Below are positions 53,028 through 64,000 of a stretch of DNA of 64,000 nt, piece after piece (the first letter of the stretch is position 1; the number at the start of each line of letters is the position of its first letter). Under the pieces are notes generated by a model. That model ran no database searches and had not been told where the DNA came from. It was given only the letters and a program-made list of their open reading frames with translations. This stretch comes from Octopus sinensis. Taxonomy: Eukaryota. Both the position numbers and the translations under genes were made by a program. The stretch lies in the NCBI RefSeq assembly GCF_006345805.1, contig NC_042999.1:158162001-158226000 (forward strand), given 5' to 3'.

Positions 53028-54638
53028 ACTAGCATTATGACCCGTCGTTGCCGGGTCATAGTGCTAGTGCATGTATATATGTGTATATATATGTGTACCT
53101 ATTACATGTACATCTATATATATACATCTACACATAGAATACAAAATACAAAGTTATATCTTGATATCGCCAGTGATAACAATACTCAAAATATATAACA
53201 GACTGGAATTGTAGGCCCGTCTCTTGCAATTGTATCTTGTCCTCCCTCTTGTATAGAAGTGTAGCTACAATCCAGCCTACCTCTACTTCGAGGGGGGCGG
53301 GCATTTAACATCTTTTTCCGGGACGTCCTACGTCCCAAATATAAAGGTGAAATTAAAATATTTCCACTTTGCAAGTTCGAGTCGAGTACTCCCTTGCACG
53401 CTCTGTTGACTCGAACCTTGCTTCTATTGTGGCGAATTTAACGCCTCTGGTTAGATACTTGATATCTTTCATTTACCGCTTCTGGTTAGATATCTTTCAT
53501 AGTCGCACCAAGACACTTTCGATGGTGCTTTCCTCGAGGTGATCAAATTTTTTTTGTCTCTACATTGTATACTTTATAGATAATAGTCTTTTCTTTAATT
53601 TAATTTTTTATTTTATTTGGTGGTGTTATCCTAGATTCACCATCTTTGTCGGTGATCAATCCGAAATTTTAATTTTAATGAGTTCGCACCAGCCGACGGC
53701 TGCAGCGAAATTCATTTTTGGACTTTCTTCTATCGAAGGCATTTTAACAAAAATGCTTCCGTATAAACGGTGAAAATATTGTCAATTTCCCCAAACAGGG
53801 ACACAATTCAATTTTTAAACAATAACCAAAGCTCCTTCTCCCAAAGTGGGAGGGTTACGGTTTACAATTATCTAACAAATGCAACACAACAACGTTTCCC
53901 TTTCGAGGAACCAACAAACGTGATAACAATAGTTAAACAGTAATAATAATAACAACAAACCTTACGGTGAATCAAAAAGCAGTACGCAGTTGAAGCTATA
54001 GTCCTTTATGTATAAGAAATAAACCAACAGCAGTACTCAGTAGAAGCGGCTGTTCGAGAAAACAGAATTACATACAGCCAAACTTCATATAGATACTTAA
54101 TGCTAGCTAATTAGCAGGTAATCTAATGTAAAAGCCGTGGTAAAAGGTATGTGCACAGCTCCATCTGGACTATTCCATTTCTGCACACTAATTTTATTTT
54201 TAATTTATTCCCATTCATGTGAACCCACTTATTCAAGTCCAAGTCATTGATGCAATTTTATACCAATTGCTATTTTTACTTTTGTTATGTTACGATTTAA
54301 TTATTATATTATACTTTAGATTGATTTTAATTATTACTTACTACATATAATTCAATTGTTATTATTATCTCTAATTTTTATTGTTAATGTGAAAGTATCT
54401 GACATAAAATAGAGAAATGTTTTTGTTTCACCTTTAACACGTAATACTGAAATAGTGGAGAAGATATGATATTGCTATGGGTTCGCTCTAGGCAAGAAGT
54501 TGAACATTTCTTTTGCCCATGAAACTACATGGACCCTAAGTAAGGCATGTGTAAAATTTGAATGAAATTGGTTGTGTATTTCTCAAGGGAAACAGACAGA
54601 CAGACACACACACACACATTCTCAGTTTTATATATATA
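53028..54638 (-). mobile_element. Non-autonomous Helitron-like element
   Basis: 3' CTAG|T with a terminal palindrome at 53028-53068. The 5' end (tatatatataaaactgagaatgtgtg...) is shared with a fragment at ~8900-9120. Confidence 0.65.
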
Positions 54639-54783
54639 CCATCTAGTGGTTTTTTAGCCCTTTAAATATACACATATATTAGAATTTTCTCTGATTTTTC
54701 AGATTTTTGTATGCTAGGCTACTGGTTTTAAATTGATAATAATTGAATTAATATTCAATTTATCTCTATCATATATTTAAATG

Positions 54784-54824
<41 letters not shown>

Positions 54825-54826
<2 letters not shown>

Positions 54827-55070
54827 AAAATACTAAATATACATAAGTGAAAACTAAGACAATACTTAAATTACTAAGTACTTTAAAATCAAATAAAATA
54901 CACAAAGCTAGTACAAGTCATTAAATTGTAATCAAAATAAGAAATGGTTAAATATAGACAAACTCCTTAAATAATCCAACCATATAATAAATATACATGT
55001 GTAGTATCTATAGATTTAATATAATTTAAGTATTGTTTTAGTTTTCACTTATGTATATTTAGTATTTTCA
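54825..55070. repeat. Fold-back element with 49-bp terminal inverted repeats (48/49 identical) between (TA)n tracts
   Basis: 54825-54873 versus the reverse complement of 55022-55070. Confidence 0.85.
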
Positions 55071-55108
55071 TATATATATATTAAAGTATATTTATTCTAG
55101 TTTATTTT

Positions 55109-55194
55109 TACCCTGATGAGTGACTATTTTATATCGAAGTGATTTCTACTACTATTATAATTTCTTAAATATGGCCACAAAACACGTGTCGTTA
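55109..55194 (+). ncRNA. Second copy of the same hammerhead motif, opposite orientation
   Basis: CUGAUGA at 55113-55119, palindromic ACACGUGU and GUC cleavage triplet (55188-55190). G12 is changed to A at 55179, and one stem I mismatch. Confidence 0.65.
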
Positions 55195-55352
55195 TTCTAC
55201 AAATTATATACGTTTTCATTATTTTTTTTTTCAATTTACTTAATCTTTCACATTTTATTGTTATTTTAATTTCAATATTTCTATTATATGTAATTTTCTA
55301 GATTGCGTTATTTAATTATTAATTTTGAATTGATTTAAAGTGTTTTTTTTTT

Positions 55353-55385
<33 letters not shown>

Positions 55386-55673
55386 GATATATATATATAT
55401 ATGTATGTATGTATGTTATGTATGTATGTATATAGGGAGAATTCACGAAACAAAAAACAAAAGACGAAGACAGGTGGTATAGAAAACAAACAGATGTATT
55501 AGTATAACGCTCGGGAATTGAAAAAGCCTTAAACGTTTCGAGCCTACGCTCTTCCACAGAAAGGAACACAGAAAGAAATAAGAACAGAAACAAGGAGGGA
55601 ATATTATTCCAAAACGTACAGGGAGAAATTCAATTTAACAATTTTAAATCAAATTTCACAATATATAATATAT

Positions 55674-55992
55674 CTTTTACTCTTTTACTTGTTTCAGTCA
55701 TTTGACTGCGGCCATGCTGGAGCACCGCCTTTAGTCGAGCAACTCGATCCCGGGACTTATTCTTTGTAAGCATAGTACTTATTCTATCGCTCTCTTTTGC
55801 CGAACCGCTAAGTGACGGGGACATAAACACACCAGCATCGGTTGTCAAGCAATGCTAGGGGGACAAACACAGATACACAAACATACATGTACATACATAT
55901 ATATATACATATATACGATGGACTTCTTTCAGTTTCCGTCTACCAAATCCGGAACCATGTGGTTGGTAAGCAAGCTACTTACCACACAGCCA
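55674..55992 (-). mobile_element. SINE family a with an internal deletion in the Nin-type domain
   Basis: Junction ccgtctaccaaatcc|ggaaccatgtgg skips most of the domain. Confidence 0.8.
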
Positions 55993-55996
55993 AGCG

Positions 55997-56172
55997 AAAA
56001 ACCACTATTAAACAATTCAATAAAGAAAGCTGTTATTCACACCATATAGAAAACTTATACTAGTTACTATTTATTGTACTTTATTGATTTAAAATTAGTT
56101 TTTTTAAAGCATATGTTTTCTATATGGTATGAATAACATCTTTCTTTATTGAATTATTTAATAGTGGTTTTT
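55997..56172. repeat. Inverted repeat with 62-bp arms (4 mismatches) and a 52-nt loop
   Basis: 55997-56058 versus the reverse complement of 56111-56172. Confidence 0.9.
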
Positions 56173-56233
56173 CTCTAAATATATATATATATATACCTCT
56201 GTGTGTGTGTGTATATGCATGTATGTACGTATG

Positions 56234-56274
<41 letters not shown>

Positions 56275-56532
56275 TATATACACAGGCTACTACCTCAGTT
56301 ACCGAAAGTAATGTTCCACTTATTCCTTCATTATCTTAAACTTCGTTATAGGAGAAATGTAAAAGTTGTTTTAATTATTGACAGAAAAACGCAGGAGATA
56401 TCAAATTGTCTTACGTATATATAAAAAATATCATTTGGACAAAGTTATAAGCAAATTAATAAAATTTACATGCAGCTCTTCGATTTATGCAGCAAAAACA
56501 TTAAAAATTGATAATATGAAACTAAAGAGTAA

Positions 56533-56736
56533 CTTTTTATTCTTTTACTTGTTTTAGTCATGTGATTGCGGCCATGCTAAAAAACCTTTAGTCAAGCAAA
56601 TCGACCCCAGAGCTTACTCTTTGTAAGCCTAGTGCTTATTCCATCGGTCAATTACAATGTTGCGGGGACGTAAATACACCAACATCGGTTATCAAGCGAT
56701 GGTGGGAGGAACAAAACACACACACACACACACACA

Positions 56737-56821
<85 letters not shown>

Positions 56822-57000
56822 TACATACTTACATATATACGTCGGGATTCTTTCAGTTTCTGTCTACCATATCCACTCACAAGGCTTTGGTCGGCCAGAA
56901 GCTATAGTAGAAGACATTTGCCCAAGTTGCCACGCAGTAGGATTGAACCCGGAACCATTTGGTTGAGAAGCAAACTTCCTTACCACACAGCCACTCCTGC
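56533..57000 (-). mobile_element. SINE family a with an expanded central (CA)n
   Basis: Head, Nin-type domain, (CA)n and tail. Confidence 0.8.
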
Positions 57001-58012
57001 ATACATACATGCATTCATACGCACACACCCATAGGCATATATAAATATATGTGCTTGAGCGTGTTTGTGAATTTACACACACATACACACACACACGCAC
57101 ACACACCAGCAGGCTTAAAATCTCAGTACATTTTCACACAATGATTTCTTAGGCATTTCGTTATCAACCTGTGATCTATAATTGGAACCAATATTAGTAT
57201 GGTGTTGGTAAATGTTGGAAGGTGTTCGAGTAAATGTTCTCTCAGCAGGACAGAAATCAAAAGAACTGCCACCCCCAGAATGCATCAGATTTCGCTATAA
57301 ATGCTAAAAGTGTGATACCATACGAGAAATAGCAAATTTTTACATGCAGAAACCATAGAACTCTGACTTAGCACAAGACCAGCAATTTTGAGTTGAGGAA
57401 GAACTGTGAATACTTTCGACTCCAGTATTTCACTGACATTTTATTTTCTCGTCCCCAGAGGATGAAAGGTAAAGTTGTGAATGTTATACTAAAATAATCC
57501 AAGAACAAACAAAATATATAATGAATATTTTATGTAATAAAAAATTAAATTAGAACTGGAACATTAATTTGGATTCGTAAAGGCCAAGTAAAACGAATAA
57601 AGCTTGATGTCATAGAAATACTTTTATTTTACAGTTTTCCCATATTAATATGACTAACATGACTGTAGAACATCAGCTGATGTAATTACCAATATATTCT
57701 CAGTATAAAATATGTAGGTCATTCGAATAACAGGAACAATAAACCTATATAAAAATGACTACGAATATTATTATGGATTTTCTGATGTTGGATGCATGAA
57801 TTATTACTGCTGCCTAATTCCAAGCCGGCCCCGACAAAGCAGAACTATGATCAAAGTCACTGTAGCCATAACCATACCATACTACTTCACACAGGAATAA
57901 TGTAATGGGCAATATATTATCTAGTATGTTCTTTTTTAATACGGCTGTTCATGTTCGTAGCTTTAACTGCTAGCTGTACCAGTTGAAGCAGCAAGGTTAA
58001 AAGCCTCTTGCT

Positions 58013-58081
<69 letters not shown>

Positions 58082-58212
58082 TATATATATTATATATATA
58101 TAAAATTAAATTAGAAATAAAACCACTATTAGGCAAATCATATTTATATTTATACTGTGAAATTTGATTTAATCCTAAATCAAATTTTTCCCTGTAAGTT
58201 TGGATTTACTCC

Positions 58213-58276
<64 letters not shown>

Positions 58277-58832
58277 TAATCCAAACAAGAAAGCACAAAA
58301 ACCACAAAAACGGCGGACGTGAACAAATATAGTATTATTGGATGCTCAGGAAAGAAGGAAAGAAGGACGATTTAACGTTTCGATCGGAGCTCTTCGTCGG
58401 AAACACGTATATATATATTTACGTGATGTGTACAAGGGATAAGTTTAGTGTATGTACGGGAAGATGAAGCTGATGCAAACGACGTACAAGTACAGTACTA
58501 AATACTGTACAACATACAGTCAGGCGTTGTACTACCATTACGAATTCTCTGATTTACAGATAAATTAATACAAATATATGATGGACACTGAAATATTTTA
58601 ACGCCTTGTTCAAATCCAAATCCGTGGCAAAAGAATAAAACAAATAGCATTACCAAAAAAGTCCAGACAGTCTATCAAACTAAATTGGATACCAACTGAT
58701 CTAATCGGATAAAAATTAGCAGTATGCATCCATCTGTCTACCCGTACTCTAAAGGGAGACAACTTTGATATTGTTGGACTTACCTCCCTTGGTTTCTATA
58801 TGCTCACTAAAAGGTTAATTGTCGTTATCTAT

Positions 58833-58898
<66 letters not shown>

Positions 58899-58907
58899 GT
58901 CTATCTG

Positions 58908-58971
<64 letters not shown>

Positions 58972-59158
58972 AATATTATTGATCGCACATACTCGATGTA
59001 TGTGTTTTGTTCGTTCGTCGGTTCGCTGCCGTATAGCACCAGAGAGACAACTTCCCCATAACGTTGGTTGTTAAAAGCGTCTCCGGTTCGATTCAGGTAC
59101 GAGATGCTGATAATGCTGATAAGTCATAGAAGTTGTGAAATATTGTTTACAAGAGATA

Positions 59159-59555
59159 TCTTTATATATAAAAGAGAAGTTGTGTGTTTGTCTCCTACGA
59201 TTTAGATTCCTAACTACTCCCACATTTTGCGGTGCAGTTTAACCAAAACCGGGTATCTTATAGTTGTGATTCATATCGAGCCCTTCTGGGTATTAGCGCG
59301 CGTCTACGATGAGTCTACGATTTAAAAAAAAATTTACCATCATTTTTTCCCATTTTAATGTATTTTTTCGCTATTATATAAGTGTAGTAACTCTCTAAAA
59401 ATGTCTACGATGAGTCAACGATTTAAAAAAAAATTTACCATAATTTTTATTCCATTTTTAATGCATTTTTTGCTATTTTTTGGCTATCATTCTCTAAAAA
59501 TGCTTATATAGTTATTTCCCTTACAAACCCGAGCAACGCCGGGCGATACTGCTAG
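59159..59555 (+). mobile_element. Non-autonomous Helitron, second copy
   Basis: A|TC...CTAG|T with the same termini and hairpin as 23000-23396. Confidence 0.85.
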
Positions 59556-59833
59556 TTGTTTATAAAAGGGAAATGTATATGCATGTGTACACCCATATAC
59601 ACAGGGTGAAGTCAGAGACTACACAGCACTTTGAAGCAGCTGTAAACGGATGGAATAAAGAAATATTCTCTCGTCTTCTCTAATCTTTTCTATTCATATA
59701 CAATCTCTTCGCCATTGTATCTCTTGCATTTTCAGAATGACATGAAAGTTTATCCTAAACTCAATCATGGTCATTCTTGTTAGCCATGCGCTTGGCGGAG
59801 ATCTTTAAATCCTTATCATTACTAAATGCACAA

Positions 59834-60050
59834 GGCGGTGAGCTGGCAGAAGCGTTAGCCCGCCGGGAGAAATGCTTAGCAGTATTTCGTCTGTCTTTAT
59901 TTTCTGAGTTCAAATTTCGCCGATGTCGAATTTGCTCTTCATCTTTTCGGTGTCGATAAATTAAGTACCTGTTGCGTGGTGGGGTGGATCTAATCGACTG
60001 GCCTCTCCCCCAAAATTTCGGGCCTGGTGTCTAGAGTAGAAAAGATTATT
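59834..60050 (+). mobile_element. SINE family b, full length, alternative tail
   Basis: ggcggtgagctggcagaa head, Meta-type domain and tail as at 14743-14906. Confidence 0.85.
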
Positions 60051-60063
60051 ACTTACTTACGTG

Positions 60064-60125
60064 CGCGCGCACAGAGAGAGAGAGAAAGAGAGAAAGAGAG
60101 AGAGGATAGAAAGAGAGAGAGAGAA

Positions 60126-60170
<45 letters not shown>

Positions 60171-60268
60171 GAGAAAGAGATGAGAAGATGAGGAAGAGAT
60201 GAGAGAGCGAAGAGAGAAAGAGAGAGATGAAGAGAGAGAGAGAGAGAGAAGAAAGAGAGAGAGAGAGA

Positions 60269-60310
<42 letters not shown>
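60064..60310. repeat. Polypurine (GA)n-rich tract
   Basis: Almost purely A/G on the + strand. Confidence 0.95.
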
Positions 60311-60314
<4 letters not shown>

Positions 60315-61083
60315 TCAAGCCAAGCATGTGGTAAAGGATATCAGTAAATGAAGTTTCACATTCCTATAATATTATAGTTCTACACTTCTATATATGACCA
60401 TTATAACCAGTTGAAATTTAACTCCTTCCCCACAACACATCAACACATCACTACGCTAAAATGGTGTCGTCTGAAACTTCATCTCTTTCGTTTACAACCG
60501 TCACATACTACCCCAACCACTTTGGCTATCTGATAATCCGAGCTCACACTCGAAGACGCCAGTACGATAGGGTTCTTACCATTATACATATGGTCTTCCT
60601 CATACCTTACCATTGATCTTCCCCTTCTCTACTTATTTCAATATCCTCTACTGAAACCTGTGCACCGTTAATCCGTTAATCCGTTAATCGTAGCTTCTAC
60701 GTTCTTATTAAAGAACATAGTGTAGCTTCTATTCCTTTTCCCCTTAAATTGTTTCTTAATGTTTCCTAATATTTCCTAACGGTGTATCCATGTTAGGGGA
60801 GCCCGAACAATTACCAGATCGTACACAATAAGCTACTTAATGTCATTTCAAGCCTAAAACTTAAAGTAGGTTATATTTAATTCTAGTAGTCATTAAATGA
60901 TATATACATCCATGTATACATGCATATACACATACATACACTCACATCTCTGTGTACGAGTATCTCTCTCTCTACAACACACAAACTCATACACACAGAC
61001 ACACACACAGAGACACACGTACACATATACATACATACTTACTTACATATATGTATGTATGTATGTATATATAAATATCTATA

Positions 61084-61131
<48 letters not shown>

Positions 61132-61277
61132 CGGTAAGCTTTATGAAAATAGACAAAAGACGAAGGTAGGTCTACGGAAATAACAAAAGACGAAGGCAGG
61201 TGGAATAAACAACAATTGTATTAGTATGGCGCTCAGGAAATATAAATGAAACAAGTCTTTAACGTTTCGAGCCTACG

Positions 61278-61362
<85 letters not shown>

Positions 61363-64000
61363 CATGTATATATACATACGTGTACATATGCATGCATGTA
61401 TGTATGTATGTGTGTGTATGTACCTATCTGTTTGTGTATGAGTTATAGTGATGATACAACTGCATTCAAGTTTAATGTTCTTTATTAACGATTTTTTTTT
61501 TCATATTTTCATTATTAAGCATTCATATATACTCGTTGGCGATGATTTCCAAAATCCATTTGCGCTTGAAGACCTTTTCTACCTCATCGTACGTCTAAAG
61601 TGATGGTACTACAGGTTATTTTTATAGTTTATTTCACATATACCCTGTGTATTGACTTTTAGGCTTGTATTTTGCTATTGACAGAGTTTGCACGGCGAAT
61701 ATAATCCTTTTGGGGGTGGGGGGGGGGGGGTTAAAATTCTACACTTAATGTCATTCTCTATTGATAAGTGGTGTAAATGTTATTGATTTTTATACTATAT
61801 TGATATTATTTATTAAATGGTGTAGTATTCGGTATTGTTATGCTATATTGATAAAAGTTCTATAACAATATTATGAATTAATGTTTTGTTTCGAGCTTTT
61901 TTAAAAATATAATAATATGCTCTAATGGTGCCTTGCTACAAATGCATGATCAAACGACGAGTAAGTGCAGTACATGTATATTCGATTTAACAGATTAGTC
62001 AAGGAGTTTTTAACTCTTATGTTCACTTTATAATTTCGATATTACATTAGTTATGTGAATTACGATTTGTAGCTTGAAGATTTGTAGCTTAATATTCTGG
62101 AGATGGTTTTTTAACCCTTGTGTGTATCGTTATAGACTCACATTCTTAGTTCGTGATTACGCGTGATACACGCTGCATTTAGTGTTATGAGAAATCGACT
62201 CCAGTATTTGGCTGTTTTTTATTTACTTATATTAATCTTCTCGAAGAGAGAAATAGCAACTTTGGACATCGGCAAGATTTGATACTGTCGTTTCAGCTCC
62301 CCACCAATCTGGTCTTGAGCAAGTAATAGAAACAAGTACTAATCATACAAATTAGGGATAATCGAAGAAACCTATTTTCAAATTCTATCCCGTTTTCCTA
62401 TTTAAAACATAGTATATCCAATGTATTTTGTCTTGCTCAAGACAGCAGAATGTGATTTAAAGGAGATTTGGCTGATATCTCTAACGCTTTCAACAACCAC
62501 CGAAAGACCATCTCATAGGTTCCTTCAAAATAGAATTTAACATGAGCAGTGTCGAACAGAATCCGTAAAATACTGGTCGAAATGTTTTGCAGTATTGTGT
62601 TATGTGAATTTACGTTTTTATTTCGAATCTCATTCTAATGGCTGTTTTTTTTTAATCTTTCCGTGATCAATAAAATAAATATCAGTTAAATGTACAGCGA
62701 TCGATTTATTCGAATATACACTCCTACTAAATTTCTTATTTTGTAGCCAAGCTATGAGTCATTGTAAGTTGAATGACAATATATTCATGTCGTTGCCTAA
62801 GTAACGAGGATATTACCGATAAAAATAATATTGACAGCAAAAACAAACTTATGCATAACACATGCCTGTCTGCGGATATAAACAATAATGTATTTTTAAA
62901 TGCAGTCTGTGCTAAACTGTATTGCAAATTGTGTGTTCACAGCAGGCAAGCAATCTAAATATTACATGTAATCTGTAAATTGATTTTCAAAACAAATATT
63001 CACTTTTCATATTACGTTTACATTGTAGACAAACTTAAAATTGCTATCGGCTACTTGTACACCTAATTTAAATACGCCTGAATGCAGCATTTAAATAAAT
63101 ATAAAAAACACTTACATTTAAGAATCAATGAAGAAGTACCGTTGAAGTATTGAGGGCGATATATTCATTTATACCCCTCAACCAAATTTGAAGCCTTGAG
63201 CCTCCGTAAGAAATCTATCTACCTGTATACATGCATATTCTCATTAGACTTCTACTGTCAACACGTATTTGTTTTGACGTATATTATAATTATTTGTTGG
63301 CGTGTTGAAGTAAATGTCATTATTCGCTCGGTTAATTCAATAAGATCAACCCCGTATAAAATTTCAAAGAGTAAAGTGATAATTACGTAGGACATATTTA
63401 TGTTGCTGAACTGTGGAATAAGCTTTAATTATTCTGTTTGTACAATTCTTGATTTTTCTAATTTTCTTAATTCAGATTAATGGCAGTCGGTTAATATCCA
63501 AAATGTTTGTACGTTTTGGCTTCGTTTATTGTAGTGTCTTCTCGAGATCACACTGACTTCGTTTACTTGCCTCTTATTTGATGTATTATTATCGCTTCTG
63601 GAAAGACAGAATGCTTACTAAGTTTACTGTATTAAAAATGTCAGCAACTTTCGGAAACTGGATTTTTTCTCACCGTAATGCTTCCAGCGTTCTTTCTACA
63701 GAAACCTGTTTATTGATTTTCAGAAAGTATTATGGTGTCTTTACATTTCATAGAAACATTTATATCAGAATTTGGTAGTATAGCACCTGGTTTAGTTTAT
63801 AGCGTGTCGGAATACTAGTTAAATTTTTGCTATTTGTTTTGAAACCATGATGAAGACATTTTAGGTTAGCTAGTATATTTCTTCATGTCATAAAGTGTCA
63901 TCTTAGAGTAAGGCTGCTGTAAATTCGATGAGAAGTGTTGTATTGGTGCAGGCACCGCTTTGCGATTAAGAGTTTGCTTCGAGCTACATGATTTCTAGTT

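Noticed and set aside
53186-53374. Helitron Rep/helicase or captured gene fragment inside the 53028-54638 element
   Set aside because: No recognisable Rep or PIF1-helicase motifs in the short ORF or in the few other frames I read by eye.
63640-63710. Possible minus-strand micro-exon (ag|GTTTCTGTAG...TTACG|gtgag)
   Set aside because: No polypyrimidine tract, no partner exons and no recognisable peptide.

Overview
Eukaryotic, AT-rich, very microsatellite- and transposon-dense genomic DNA. The SINE families (tRNA heads with Nin-type and Meta-type central domains), the R4/Dong, RTE, CR1 and Tx1 LINE relics and the (TA)n/(TACA)n/(TATC)n/(CA)n arrays point to a coleoid cephalopod, most likely Octopus (inference, no search run). 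One host gene is supported: a + strand three-finger C2H2 zinc-finger gene with exons at ~36408-36798 and 38469-38654, a phase-0 GT-AG intron splitting finger 1, and a speculative first coding exon at 17137-17192. Almost all ORFs in the supplied track are microsatellite translations. The most notable signal is RNA structure: at least three unrelated short repeat families, probably Penelope-like (PLE) terminal repeats, fold into minimal type-I hammerhead ribozymes. These include a G3:C8-swapped core on the sense strand of the zinc-finger gene's last intron (37912-37962) and an inverted pair with a canonical CUGAUGA core and a long stem II (52879-52965 minus, 55109-55194 plus). Also present: Tx1-like LINE ends clustered in (TATC)n, a Dong/R4 LINE inside a (TACA)n array, an RTE reverse transcriptase with an embedded PHD-like finger, non-autonomous Helitrons and several long fold-back hairpins. 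Structures were derived by hand, and most repeat boundaries are approximate.
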